DNA of 42,119 nt, taken from the NCBI GenBank assembly GCA_009992175.1, contig JAACWA010000011.1, forward strand, positions 1 to 42,119, in the 5' to 3' direction. The position numbers and the translations under genes were made by a program. Numbering within the stretch: the stretch's first letter is position 1; every line of letters begins with the position of its first letter. The notes beneath the pieces were generated by a model. That model saw only the letters and a list, made by a program, of their open reading frames with translations. It was not told where the DNA came from and did no database searches. This stretch comes from an archaeon (lineage in GTDB: Archaea > Nanobdellota > Nanobdellia > Pacearchaeales > GW2011-AR1). This document shows positions 10,186 through 20,427 of the stretch, piece after piece.

Positions 10186-10356
10186 TTACTTTTGGTAAAA
10201 TATCAATTTTAAAAGACTTCCCAGAACAAGAACTGCTCCAACAAATCCTCCCCAACTTAAGAAAGGCCAGTAGACGTTTAAAAGAATTAAAATTCCTAAA
10301 ACAAGCATCCAAATAGACTTTCCTTTATGGTCGCAACTTTCCATCGCTTTTGCCAT
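10186..10356 (-). CDS. 56-aa membrane protein (not in ORF track)
   Basis: GGAGGT Shine-Dalgarno before ATG; MAKAMESCDHKGKSIWMLVLGILILLNVYWPFLSWGGFVGAVLVLGSLLKLIFYQK. Confidence 0.7.
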   Translation of the reverse strand: MAKAMESCDHKGKSIWMLVLGILILLNVYWPFLSWGGFVGAVLVLGSLLKLIFYQK

Positions 10357-10415
10357 TTATTTTACCTCCATAAATCTAAAGAAATGCTCATTTTTAACTT
10401 TTTCTTTTTAAAGAA

Positions 10416-10973
10416 CTATCTCTCCATACTTTCAGCTACCTTGTCTGAAAGAAAAATCTGGGCTATTTCTTTTGGAAGGTTTGAAAATTGACCAATTGCA
10501 TAAGGCCCATACTTTTCTCCTTCTGAAGATTTAAATTCATTAACGTCTTCCAAAAAAACGACAAGCATGTTATTTTGAATTTCCTCTTCACTTCCAGAAT
10601 TAAGAATATCATTCAATTTCTTGTCTGAACTCTCAATACATTTCATAAGCTCTTCAAAAAGATTTTTTTCGACTAAAAGCATATTATTAAAATCTAATTT
10701 AGAAATTCCTGTTTCACTTGCAATTAAAACCAAATTTAAAATTTTCTTTCTCCTTCTTCTTAAAAGCTCTTGAAAAAGAGTTACAGCATTCTCAAGTTGT
10801 TTTTTTGTCTTTAACAAAACATCAGAAAAAACATCATCATCCTTTGAAGCTGCGGCTTTTTTGTCCTTAAGATATCTCGAGACATCTTTTACAAAATTTT
10901 TTGAAATAGGTTGTAATTTTTCAGAATATCTCTCTTTTTTTGCTGCCTCATAAATATCTTTGTAAGTAATCAT
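10416..10973 (-). CDS. DNA replication complex GINS family protein (Gins51-like)
   Basis: ITYKDIYE..KKER.SEKLQ, RRRKKIL, and C-terminal B-domain YGPY..G...NLP.EIA. ATG 10973 preferred over TTG 10982. Confidence 0.8.
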   Translation of the reverse strand: MITYKDIYEAAKKERYSEKLQPISKNFVKDVSRYLKDKKAAASKDDDVFSDVLLKTKKQLENAVTLFQELLRRRRKKILNLVLIASETGISKLDFNNMLLVEKNLFEELMKCIESSDKKLNDILNSGSEEEIQNNMLVVFLEDVNEFKSSEGEKYGPYAIGQFSNLPKEIAQIFLSDKVAESMER

Positions 10974-11043
10974 AGTTATCAAAAAATCATCTTTCTTTTT
11001 AATTATTGTTGTTCCACTTTAAAATAAAAACAAATCAAGAAAT

Positions 11044-12288
11044 TTATTTTAAAAATCCAATTTTTTTTATCAAATCCTTACCAAAAACTCTTCCAAATTT
11101 ACCTTTTCTCGCTTCAGCCTCGCTAAAATGTTTTTTTCCTTTTGGAATTTCTCCATTATAAAACAAAACTGGTACAGGGTCATCCGAATGACCTTTAAGT
11201 TTGCATGGAGTTGAATGGTCTCCTGTCACAACCACTTTTATTTTTTTCATGGGGGCTGTTCTTGCCAGAAACTTAAACAAGGTTTTATCCAAATATTCAA
11301 TCATCTCTTTTTTTTCATAAGGTTTGTTATCGTGGCCAGGTAAATCTGTTTCTTTAATATGAATATAACAATAATCTGCCTTTTTCAAATTTCTTTTTAT
11401 AACTTTTATTGAATGTTTTGATGCTTTTTTTAGTCCTTTCCAAAGGTTTTCATAGGCATCTAATCCTTTCAAAGGGGGATACTTAAAAGAAAAATTCTTC
11501 ATTGAACTTAAACTAGAAAACCCTATTTCAAGAGGCATATAATGTGCTGAAACCCAATTTGAATATTTTTTTAATTTGGGTTTTTCAGTTCCTGCTCCCC
11601 TAACAAGTAAATAATTTGCAGGAAGAAGCCCTCTTTTTTTTCTTTTGATGTTAACTGGATGATTTCTTAAAACTTCATAACTTAAAATTAAAAATTCATT
11701 TAAAACTTTAGCAGTATGAACTGCCTTTTCTTGTTTTACGGTTGCCTGACATTCTGAAAATTTTTCTATTTCTCTTGCACTTCCTTTGTGATAAGTTAAA
11801 TCATTTCCAAGAATTTTTTCTGAAAAATCCCCTTTTATGACTAAAACTGCTCTATGTTGATTTGTTGCAACAAATTCAAACTTATAGGAAAATTCTATTT
11901 TATTAATTGCAAAGGCAAGTTCTTTAGCCTCCTTAGTGGTTAAAGTTCTTCCCGCACGTCTATTTACTACTTTTCCTTCCCCTAAGGAGCTAATCGTTCC
12001 CATGTCTACCCTCAAGGCTAAATCTCCTTTCCTTAAATTTAATCCTGCCCCTCTTGCTTCAATTTCACCCCTACTTATGTTTTTAATATCATTTCCAAAT
12101 AAATTGAGTATTGATTCATCCGAACTAGGAGCATATCCTGGCTTAATAGGATACATATACCCCATTTCTCCTCGAGTTGCTAAAAAATCAAGGTGAGGGG
12201 TCTCTGCTGCTTCAAGGGGGGTCTTATCTCCGAGTTGTCTATTAGGTAAATCCCCGAGTCCATCAAGAATAACTAAAATTCCTTTCAT
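11044..12288 (-). CDS. apgM: 2,3-BPG-independent phosphoglycerate mutase (archaeal ApgM)
   Basis: ILDGLGD, KTPLEAA.TP.LD, TDLPGHD and TGDHSTP...GHS.DPVP motifs. Confidence 0.93.
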   Translation of the reverse strand: MKGILVILDGLGDLPNRQLGDKTPLEAAETPHLDFLATRGEMGYMYPIKPGYAPSSDESILNLFGNDIKNISRGEIEARGAGLNLRKGDLALRVDMGTISSLGEGKVVNRRAGRTLTTKEAKELAFAINKIEFSYKFEFVATNQHRAVLVIKGDFSEKILGNDLTYHKGSAREIEKFSECQATVKQEKAVHTAKVLNEFLILSYEVLRNHPVNIKRKKRGLLPANYLLVRGAGTEKPKLKKYSNWVSAHYMPLEIGFSSLSSMKNFSFKYPPLKGLDAYENLWKGLKKASKHSIKVIKRNLKKADYCYIHIKETDLPGHDNKPYEKKEMIEYLDKTLFKFLARTAPMKKIKVVVTGDHSTPCKLKGHSDDPVPVLFYNGEIPKGKKHFSEAEARKGKFGRVFGKDLIKKIGFLK

Positions 12289-12322
12289 GATTTAACAAAT
12301 TAGGACTTATTTATAAAAATTC

Positions 12323-13627
12323 CTAAAGAAAAAACAACAACCCCAGTCCAACAAGTAAAACAATTGAAAAAACTCCCACAATTGTTTTTCCATATTTTTT
12401 ACTTCCTAAAAAGAATGCAATTCCCATTTTTACAAGAGTATTTGAAATAGCAGCAAAAAGAATGGAAGTGGATGCAACAACAGAAGTAATTTCTCCAGTT
12501 TTGCTCAAACTAGACATAGATAAGGTAATTGCATCAACATCTACTAAACCGGAAAGAATACTTGCCCCATAAATTCCAAGGTGACCAAAAAGAATTTGAC
12601 CTATTTTTGAAACCAACAAAACCAAAAGAAAAAGAAGACCAAATTTAATTGCTGGACCCATTGCAAAAGGTTGTTTGAATTCTATTTCCTTTGCATGAGG
12701 ATTTTTATCTTCTGTTCTTAAAAAATAAAATGAAAAAACTAATCCTAAAACAAACATCCCCATTAAAGGCAAAAATAATTTTCCTAAAAGAATTGGATTT
12801 AAAACTGCAACTTCAAAGATAATTCTAATAAACATAATTGACATTGCAATAATTGTTGCGAGAATGTATGGTGAAACTTTTGTTTTTCCTTGACTTTCTT
12901 TTGACATTGAAAGGGTTACAGCAGTTGAAGAAACAAGTCCTCCAACAAAACCGGTAAGACCATGTCCTTTCTTTGAACCCAAAAAACGAACTAAAAAATA
13001 TCCAAAAAAACTAATTCCGGCAACAAGGATAACCATCCACCAGATATGATAAAAATTAAAAACATTTAATTGAGAAAGAAATTCATTGCTCACTCCAAAA
13101 TTATTTAATATTTCATTTAATCCGGGAAGGTCTGCAGGGGAGAAATTTTTATCTGGTAAAAGGGGTAAAACAACTAAAGAAATAATTGCAAACTTTATTA
13201 CTCCAGAAACTTCTTTTCTATTCATTTTTTTGATGAGTCCATGAAGTCTTTCTTTAAATGCTAAAAATGCCACAATTAAAATTCCAAAAATAATTGCAAG
13301 ATTCATAAACCCAGTTGTACACATCACTCCTAAAATAAATGCCATAATAGACACAACTTCAGTAATAATTGACATTACCTTAAACTTTACAAAAGTTAAA
13401 ATATATGAAAGCGCTGAAAAAAGAATAATTCCTGCAAAACCAATAATCACAGGGAGAGAATTAAAATCTCCTCCTAAAAAACCTAAAATTGCTCCAAACA
13501 ATGTAATTAAAATAAAAGTTCTAATTCCTGCAAAACGAGTAAAATTTTCTTTTTGAGGAGCAAATTCTCTTTGCATCCCAATTAATGCCCCTAAAAAGAT
13601 TGCAATCCCAAAATTGAGGAAATCCAT
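12323..13627 (-). CDS. MgtC/SapB family membrane protein with DUF4010
   Basis: GALIGMQRE, FAGIRTF, GGLVSSTAVT and GLVDVDAIT motifs; polytopic membrane protein. Confidence 0.88.
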   Translation of the reverse strand: MDFLNFGIAIFLGALIGMQREFAPQKENFTRFAGIRTFILITLFGAILGFLGGDFNSLPVIIGFAGIILFSALSYILTFVKFKVMSIITEVVSIMAFILGVMCTTGFMNLAIIFGILIVAFLAFKERLHGLIKKMNRKEVSGVIKFAIISLVVLPLLPDKNFSPADLPGLNEILNNFGVSNEFLSQLNVFNFYHIWWMVILVAGISFFGYFLVRFLGSKKGHGLTGFVGGLVSSTAVTLSMSKESQGKTKVSPYILATIIAMSIMFIRIIFEVAVLNPILLGKLFLPLMGMFVLGLVFSFYFLRTEDKNPHAKEIEFKQPFAMGPAIKFGLLFLLVLLVSKIGQILFGHLGIYGASILSGLVDVDAITLSMSSLSKTGEITSVVASTSILFAAISNTLVKMGIAFFLGSKKYGKTIVGVFSIVLLVGLGLLFFL

Positions 13628-13678
13628 AATTAAGAAAAATAAAAAAAACTATTTAAACATTTAGAATTTAGATTTTTA

Positions 13679-14887
13679 ATGTTCGGAAAGCTAAAAGACA
13701 AGTTAAAATCATGGATTGGGAAAGTTTCTGAGGAAACTCCAAAAATTGAAGAAGCAGTTGAAAAACCAAAAGAGAAAATTTCTAGAAAAGAAAAGAAAAA
13801 AACTGAAAAACAAATTAAAAAGAAAAACGAAAAAAAGAAAGTTTTTGAAAAAATTGATGAAGAAAATATTGATGAAAAATTAAAGAAAGAAGTTTCAAAA
13901 GAAAAATATGTTGAACCTGAAAAAGAATTTAATAACGGAATGGAAATGTTCCAACCTGAACCAGAAAAAACTCTTGAAAAAATAAAAGAAATCTCAAAAG
14001 AACCTGAAAAAGAAAAAAAACATTTTTTTAAAGATATTTTCTCCGGGAAAAAAAGAATTTCAAGTGAAGAATTTGAATCTTATTCTGAGGACTTAGAAAT
14101 GATTCTTTTAGAAAATAATGTTGCCCTAGAAGTTGCTGAAAAAATAATTTATGAATTAAAAGAAAAAATTGTGGGTAAAGACCTTGAAAAGAAAGAAATA
14201 GAAAATTTAATTAAAAAAAGCCTAAAAGAAATTATAGAAAATGTTCTTGTCAAACCTTTTGATATTGTTAAAGAAATAGAAGAAAAAAAGTCTCCTTATG
14301 TAATCATTTTTTGTGGAATAAATGGGGCTGGAAAAACAACTACTATTGCAAAATTTGCAAACCTCCTAAAAACAAAAAAAATAAGTTCGGTTTTGGCAGC
14401 AGGAGACACTTTTCGTGCAGCATCAATAGAACAATTAAACCAACATGGAGAAAAATTGAATTTGAAAGTAATAAGTCATGAATATGGTTCAGACCCTGCA
14501 GCAGTTGGTTTTGATGCCGTAAAATATGCTGAAAAAAATAAAATAAAAGCAGTATTAATTGATACTGCTGGAAGGATGCACACTGCAACTAACCTTTTGA
14601 AAGAGATGGAAAAAATAAAAAGAGTTTGTAAGCCTGATAGAGTAATCTTTCTGGGGGAATCAATTACAGGTAATGATTCAGTTGACCAAGTTAAAGCATT
14701 TGATGACACAATTGGAATTGATGGAATAATTTTGAGTAAAGCTGATATCGATGAAAAAGGTGGAACAGCTCTTAGTGTGGGATATATTACAAAAAAACCA
14801 ATTATATATCTAGGAACAGGACAAGAATACAAGGACTTTGAAAAGTTTGACAAAGAAAAATTTATTGAAAAATTAGGATTGGATTAA
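13679..14887 (+). CDS. ftsY: SRP receptor FtsY
   Basis: Charged N-region; GINGAGKTTTIAK, DTFRAA, DTAGR and KGG motifs. Confidence 0.96.
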   Translation: MFGKLKDKLKSWIGKVSEETPKIEEAVEKPKEKISRKEKKKTEKQIKKKNEKKKVFEKIDEENIDEKLKKEVSKEKYVEPEKEFNNGMEMFQPEPEKTLEKIKEISKEPEKEKKHFFKDIFSGKKRISSEEFESYSEDLEMILLENNVALEVAEKIIYELKEKIVGKDLEKKEIENLIKKSLKEIIENVLVKPFDIVKEIEEKKSPYVIIFCGINGAGKTTTIAKFANLLKTKKISSVLAAGDTFRAASIEQLNQHGEKLNLKVISHEYGSDPAAVGFDAVKYAEKNKIKAVLIDTAGRMHTATNLLKEMEKIKRVCKPDRVIFLGESITGNDSVDQVKAFDDTIGIDGIILSKADIDEKGGTALSVGYITKKPIIYLGTGQEYKDFEKFDKEKFIEKLGLD

Positions 14888-14889
14888 AA

Positions 14890-15183
14890 ATGAAAGAAGT
14901 AAAAACTGGAATATATAAAAGGATTATAATAAGACTTCCTGAAAAAGAATTAACAATTCCAGTAAAAAATCTTGAATCAAAAATTAAAGAATTAAATATT
15001 CTAATTAAAGAAAGGTCCCAAGATCTGGAAAAGAGAGGAAAAAGGGAAAATATTGAAAGACTTAAAAAAATTTGTAAAACGGGCAATTTATTGATGAGAG
15101 GATAATTAATAAATGAAATCACAAAAGAACTAAATTTAAAATATTCAACCGTTGAAAGTTACATTTCTTACTTAGAAAATTAA
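14890..15183 (+). pseudogene. Small protein with C-terminal HTH-like segment interrupted by an in-frame TAA
   Basis: The ORF stops at TAA 15103-15105, but the same frame continues LINEITKELNLKYSTVESYISYLEN to TAA 15181-15183. Confidence 0.5.
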
Positions 15184-15222
15184 ACCCAAAAACTTAATAA
15201 TCAACCATTTACTTCTAAAAGA

Positions 15223-16593
15223 ATGTTAGAAAAGTTAGGAAACGCTCTGAAAAAGGCAACAGACAAAATATCCAATGCTATATTTTTGGATAAAAACTTA
15301 GTGGATACAATCGTTCGTGAACTTCAACGTGCCCTAATTGAAGCAGATGTAAATATTACCTTAATAAAAGAAATTTCTGAAAAGTTAAGAAAAGTTGCAT
15401 TTGATGAAAAAATAAAGGGAATTGAAAAAAAGGAGCACTTAATTAAAACTCTCCATGATGAACTCGTTAAAATTTTAGGAAAGAAAAAAGAATTAAAAGT
15501 TAGTGAGAAAAACCAAACAAAAATTATGTTAGTTGGGCTCTATGCTTCAGGTAAAACAACAACTGTTGCAAAATTGGGAAATTATTTTCAAAAAAGGGGT
15601 AAAAAGGTTGCACTTGTGGGGCTTGACGTTTGGAGACCTGCAGCAAAAGAACAATTAATGCAACTTGGAGACCAAAATAAATTGCACATTTTTACAGATT
15701 TGAAAGAAAAAGATCCATTGAAAATATGGAAAAAAATTAAGCCTGACTTAAAAAAGTTTGATATTATAATTGTGGACACTGCAGGAAGGCACGACTTAGA
15801 CAAAGAACTTGTTGAAGAAATTAAAAAATTGAATAAAGAAATCAAACCTGATGAAACTGTTCTTGTTATGCCAGGGGATATTGGTCAAGCAGCAAAAAAT
15901 CAATCTCAAAAATTTTCAGAAAATTTGAACATCACAGGAGTAATTGTAACCCGAATGGATTCAACTGCAAAAGGAGGGGGAGCTCTAACTGCATGTGCTG
16001 AAACAAAATCTGGAGTTTATTTTATCACCACAGGTGAAAAAATAAATGATATAGAACACTTTAATCCTGAATCATTTTTGTCACGTCTTCTTGGAATGGG
16101 GGATTTAAATGCTTTAATTGAAAAAGTAAGGTTAGCTACTGATGAAAAAACAACCAAAAAACTTGAAGAAAATCTCAAAGAGGGAAAATTAACCCTAAAA
16201 GATGTTGTTGAACAAATAAAATCAATGAATTCTATGGGAGGATTTGAAAAATTAAAATCAATGGTCCCGGGAATAAACACTGCAAAGATTCCTGAAAATG
16301 TTTTGGAAAATCAACAAAAAAAAGTTTCAAAATGGGAACACATTTTAAAATCTATGACTGAAAATGAAAAGGAAAACCCTGAAATTTTAAAAAAACAAAC
16401 AACAAGGATTGGAAGAATTGCAAAAGGAGCAGGAGTAAATTCTTCAGACGTCCGAAGCCTCTTAAAACAATATGATATGCTTGCGAGTATGGTAAAAGAT
16501 TCTGATGGACTTGACATGAGTGAAGGAATGAGCCAAAAACAAATGCAGAAACTAATGAAAAAATTTGCCCGTGGTGGCAAGATGAAACTTTAA
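15223..16593 (+). CDS. srp54: Signal recognition particle protein SRP54
   Basis: ALIEADVN, GLYASGKTTT, DTAGRH, AKGGGALT and the Met-rich M domain (RIGRIAKGAG). Confidence 0.96.
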   Translation: MLEKLGNALKKATDKISNAIFLDKNLVDTIVRELQRALIEADVNITLIKEISEKLRKVAFDEKIKGIEKKEHLIKTLHDELVKILGKKKELKVSEKNQTKIMLVGLYASGKTTTVAKLGNYFQKRGKKVALVGLDVWRPAAKEQLMQLGDQNKLHIFTDLKEKDPLKIWKKIKPDLKKFDIIIVDTAGRHDLDKELVEEIKKLNKEIKPDETVLVMPGDIGQAAKNQSQKFSENLNITGVIVTRMDSTAKGGGALTACAETKSGVYFITTGEKINDIEHFNPESFLSRLLGMGDLNALIEKVRLATDEKTTKKLEENLKEGKLTLKDVVEQIKSMNSMGGFEKLKSMVPGINTAKIPENVLENQQKKVSKWEHILKSMTENEKENPEILKKQTTRIGRIAKGAGVNSSDVRSLLKQYDMLASMVKDSDGLDMSEGMSQKQMQKLMKKFARGGKMKL

Positions 16594-16650
16594 ACTTCCC
16601 AAAACCCCTCTCCCCAAAACCCTTTTAAAATATATTTCCCCCCCATTAAA

Positions 16651-17049
16651 ATGAAACACAAAGTTTTAGTCTTGATATTGACCGTTTGTTTATTTGCATC
16701 TATAGTTCTTGCTTTTTTGCCTGTTGAACAAATATGTGGAATAAAGTCAGGTTGTGAAGCAGTTCAAAGTTCTCAATATAAAGATTTTTTAGGGGTTAAC
16801 AATGGTTACCTTGGAATTCTTGCATTTTTTATCCTCTTAACATTAACAATCTCCCACATTAAAGCTCCTAGAAAATATAAACATGCTTTAATTCTAATTG
16901 GAATATCTATTGGTTCATTAATTGCTCTTTTCTTTATATATCTCCAAATATTTGTGATAAAAGCATTTTGCACATATTGTCTTGTGGTTGATATTGGAAT
17001 GATTCTTGGTCTTATTTTGATATTTCCAAGAAAGAAAAAGGCAGAATGA
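16651..17049 (+). CDS. Vitamin K epoxide reductase (VKOR) family protein
   Basis: Loop cysteines CGIKSGCEAVQSS, TM helices and C-terminal FCTYC CxxC. Confidence 0.88.
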   Translation: MKHKVLVLILTVCLFASIVLAFLPVEQICGIKSGCEAVQSSQYKDFLGVNNGYLGILAFFILLTLTISHIKAPRKYKHALILIGISIGSLIALFFIYLQIFVIKAFCTYCLVVDIGMILGLILIFPRKKKAE

Positions 17050-17657
17050 CAAAAAAAATTCTAAGTCAGGGAGCTGAAGCAATAATTTATTTAGATAAAG
17101 GAAAAATAATAAAAAAAAGAGTTTCAAAAGAATACAGAATTAAAGAATTGGATAAAAAAATAATAAAAAGAAGAACTAAAGCTGAGACAAAAATTTTAAA
17201 AAAAGCTTCTGAAATAATTAATTCTCCTTTCCCTGAATTTTCAAAGAATGAAGATACAATTTTAATGCCCCTAATTAAAGGAGATAAACTCTCTAAAGAA
17301 TTAAACAATTATTCACTAAACAAACAAAAAGCAATTACTAAAAAAATTGGAAAATCAATTGGTTTGTTACACAAAGAAGGAATAATTCATGGAGATCTCA
17401 CAACTTCAAACATTATTTTTAGAAATAATGAAATTTATGTAATAGATTTCGGATTGGGTTCATTAAATGGAAAATATGAAGAAAAGGGTGTAGATATTCA
17501 TTTGTTTAAAGAAGCCTTAGAATCAAAACATTTTGAAAATTCAAAAAAACTTTTTGAATCATTTAAATCTGGTTATGAATCAATAGATAAAAATGAATCA
17601 AACAAAGTTTTTGAACGCCTTAAAGCAATTGAAAAACGTGGGAGGTATAGGCATTAA
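17046..17657 (+). CDS. bud32: KEOPS complex kinase Bud32
   Basis: QGAEA, RRTKAE, IIHGDLTTSN, IDFGLG and C-terminal RGRY. Confidence 0.93.
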   Translation: MTKKILSQGAEAIIYLDKGKIIKKRVSKEYRIKELDKKIIKRRTKAETKILKKASEIINSPFPEFSKNEDTILMPLIKGDKLSKELNNYSLNKQKAITKKIGKSIGLLHKEGIIHGDLTTSNIIFRNNEIYVIDFGLGSLNGKYEEKGVDIHLFKEALESKHFENSKKLFESFKSGYESIDKNESNKVFERLKAIEKRGRYRH

Positions 17658-17870
17658 TTTTTAAAATAATTAATTAAAGGTTCAATAAAAAAAAGAATAA
17701 ATATTATTTGAATAATTTTCAATTTTTTCATAAAAAGTATCCTTTAAAAGAAAATCTAATTCTTTATTAATTTGATTTGTAGTTGGAAAATTATCAACAA
17801 AACTATCTAAACCCAAACAACTTGAATCACAATGGTTATCTAAACTCATCACCAAGAGGAATATTTAAAA

Positions 17871-18962
17871 TTATCCAAAAGTAAAAGTGTAGATTTTAAA
17901 CCCTTTTTCCACTTTAAGTTTTAAAGTATGAGAATTGTAATCTCCTTCACTAATTACATTATAGAGCTTTTGGTCTTTAACTTCTACTTCCTTTCTTTTT
18001 TCTCCATCTAAGTAAGAAGTAACTTGAACTAAAGAATTTGCTCCAGCAACAATATTTACATCCTTTGAAAAATATTTTAAATCAACTTCTCCAGTGTCAG
18101 AAACCAATTCCATACTATCTAAATTATTTTTCCAACTTCCAGATAAATAAAATTTATCTTCTTTAAGTTTTTCTGGAAGAGAATATTCCCCAACTTGTTC
18201 TGGCTTCCATCCTCCCCTGTTTCCAAGCTGTCCTCTTGAAAATTTATAACCAAAATAAATTTCAGGAGTTTTTATTCCTGAAAATTGGATAGTTGAATTT
18301 CCTTGGGTTAATCCCGAGTTTATTGTTTCATTCATTCCTAAAACTTCAAGCCTTTCCTTTAGAGCATCTTGAATTGCAGTTTCAGTTTCAGCATAACCTC
18401 CCTCTCCAATATGATCATGAACAATAAATCCATCAATATCAATTAAGTATTCTCTTGGCCAATACTGATTTCCATAAGCTTGCCAAGTTAAATAATTGTT
18501 ATCAAGAACAACTGGATATTTTATTCCAAATTCTTCAGTTGCTTTTTGCACATTATTATATTCTTTCTCAAAATTAAATTCGGGTGTGTGAATCCCTATA
18601 ATTAACAACCCCTTGTCAGAATATTTTTCATTCCAACTCTCTAAATAAGGAAAAGTTCTCTGACAATTTATACAACTGTAAGTCCAAAAATCAAGCAAGA
18701 TTACTTTTTTTCCAATGTAGTCTGACAAATTAAAAGGATTAATATTGATAAATCCATCCGGATGAACCAGTTCTTTTGCAGCAGGATAAAGTTTACTTTT
18801 CTCAAGAACTCTTTCACTTACAGAATTTGAATTTATTTTTGAAGAATTCTCTAGTTTAATAAAAGATACCTTACTAAACTGTAAAATTACAATTATTAAT
18901 ACAATTGCAATTACCACTAAGATTGAAATAATCTTTTTATTTTTTAATTTTTGTTTTTCCAT
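17871..18962 (-). CDS. Membrane-anchored thioredoxin-like protein (DipZ C-terminal type)
   Basis: N-terminal TM, DFWTYSCINC, HTPEF, NQYWP, TPEIYFG and terminal YTFTFG typical of DipZ. Confidence 0.9.
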   Translation of the reverse strand: MEKQKLKNKKIISILVVIAIVLIIVILQFSKVSFIKLENSSKINSNSVSERVLEKSKLYPAAKELVHPDGFININPFNLSDYIGKKVILLDFWTYSCINCQRTFPYLESWNEKYSDKGLLIIGIHTPEFNFEKEYNNVQKATEEFGIKYPVVLDNNYLTWQAYGNQYWPREYLIDIDGFIVHDHIGEGGYAETETAIQDALKERLEVLGMNETINSGLTQGNSTIQFSGIKTPEIYFGYKFSRGQLGNRGGWKPEQVGEYSLPEKLKEDKFYLSGSWKNNLDSMELVSDTGEVDLKYFSKDVNIVAGANSLVQVTSYLDGEKRKEVEVKDQKLYNVISEGDYNSHTLKLKVEKGFKIYTFTFG

Positions 18963-18964
18963 TT

Positions 18965-19675
18965 TTAATTTCCAATAAATAATTTATTTAATACACTGAA
19001 ATTGGCAAGTAAATTCAAATTTTGAGTAAAAACTAATATTCCAAGGATAATTAGAAATCCTCCAATCACCCAATTATAATACTTCATTTTAGGGCCTATT
19101 TTCTTTATAATTCCTTGAGACCGGTCCAAGAAAAGTCCAACAATTAAGAAAGGAATTCCAAGCCCTAATGAATAAATAAACAAAAGGATGAAACTCATTC
19201 CAGGTTGAGTAATTGCAAGAGTTAAAATGCTTCCCAGTACAACTCCAACGCAAGGAGTCCATCCAACCGCAAAAACAACTCCGAATAAGAAACTGTTTAA
19301 GTAAGTTATTTTAAATTTCTTTTTTACATCAACAGTATAACTTCTCTTTAAATAAGGAATTTCAACTAATCCTGTTAAATGCAAACCAAAAATAATTATT
19401 AAAATGCCCCCAATTCTAGCAAGCCAGGTTTGCACAATATATGAAGACCCGCTTAAGACAGTATTAAATAAAATTCCAATAAGTGAAAAAACAAGAGTGA
19501 AACCTAAAACATAAAAAAGACTATTAAAAAAAACAACCCTTCTTTGTGCCTTTTCTTTTGGGGAAATTGTTCCCGCTAAATACCCTAAAAACCCAGGAAC
19601 AATAGGTAAAATGCAAGGACTAAAAAAGGACACTATTCCTGCAAAGAAAACAATTAGAATACTTGCTTGAACCAT
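18965..19675 (-). CDS. ccdA: CcdA/DsbD-type transmembrane electron transporter
   Basis: SFFSPCILP and GWTPCVG motifs; about 6 TM. Confidence 0.92.
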   Translation of the reverse strand: MVQASILIVFFAGIVSFFSPCILPIVPGFLGYLAGTISPKEKAQRRVVFFNSLFYVLGFTLVFSLIGILFNTVLSGSSYIVQTWLARIGGILIIIFGLHLTGLVEIPYLKRSYTVDVKKKFKITYLNSFLFGVVFAVGWTPCVGVVLGSILTLAITQPGMSFILLFIYSLGLGIPFLIVGLFLDRSQGIIKKIGPKMKYYNWVIGGFLIILGILVFTQNLNLLANFSVLNKLFIGN

Positions 19676-19681
19676 TTGAAG

Positions 19682-19966
19682 TTATCTCCAGGTAATAAAA
19701 TTTAATATTGAAAATGCAATAGTTTGAAGAATTGAAAAAACAAAAGCATAAACTTCAACACCTTGAGAATAATAAGGCATCATGGTAAAAAGAAAGTAAA
19801 GAGCAATCACATTTTGGACCAAAAACAAAAATGCAAAAATAAACAATCCAAAAGTGAAAGAAGATTTGAATTTAACTAAATTTTTTAGATAAACATAAAG
19901 AAGAGATACAATTAAAAATAAATTAAGAATTAAAATCCATTTCGAAACTTCCATCATAAATACCAT
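19682..19966 (-). CDS. Three-TM membrane protein
   Basis: 94 aa hydrophobic; co-oriented with the HTH regulator and ccdA. Confidence 0.75.
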   Translation of the reverse strand: MVFMMEVSKWILILNLFLIVSLLYVYLKNLVKFKSSFTFGLFIFAFLFLVQNVIALYFLFTMMPYYSQGVEVYAFVFSILQTIAFSILNFITWR

Positions 19967-19989
19967 AAATAAAACGAGAAAAAAGCCTT

Positions 19990-20289
19990 TTAATAACTTT
20001 TTCCCAAATCTTTACCTAATTTGTTCCATATCTCCTTAAAAAAAGAAAAATTCATTTCGAGTTCCTTGCTCAAAAAAAACATTGCTCCATAATTTCCTTT
20101 ATTTATTATTTCGAGAAATCCATGTTTCTCTAGAACTTTTAAATGATGTTTTACAGTTTTATAATCCATTCCAAGAACACTTGAAATTCTATGTGCATTC
20201 AGGGGGGTACTTTTCAAAAGATTGATTATTCTTCCCCTAGTTTCTCCACCACGGGTCCCAGTTATTAAGTACAAAATAATGTTTTTCAT
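19990..20289 (-). CDS. ArsR-like winged-HTH regulator
   Basis: GTRGGETR.RII..L...P.NA..I...L..DYKTVKHHL.VL...YG..FF. Confidence 0.88.
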   Translation of the reverse strand: MKNIILYLITGTRGGETRGRIINLLKSTPLNAHRISSVLGMDYKTVKHHLKVLEKHGFLEIINKGNYGAMFFLSKELEMNFSFFKEIWNKLGKDLGKSY

Positions 20290-20427
20290 AAGAAATAAAA
20301 AATAAAATTGTATTTAAAATTAATTATCTCTCATTATTTCAACCTAATCCACTCTAGAGGGAGAATACTCCTTAGTTACTTTTTTGTTAACACGAATCTA
20401 TTAAAAGAATTCTAAATTTTACTCCAA

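Noticed and set aside
14343-16580. Minus-strand ORFs over ftsY and srp54
   Set aside because: Antisense shadows of well-supported genes, with no motifs. The same applies to ORFs at 5962, 7753, 11936, 16918, 17087, 23055, 26252, 26631, 29548, 33180, 34769, 35731, 36449, 36829, 37134, 38093, 39181 and 41736.
17682-17849. 55-codon minus-strand ORF (MSLDNHCDSSCLG...)
   Set aside because: No recognisable motif and a low-complexity AT-rich 3' half; cannot be supported
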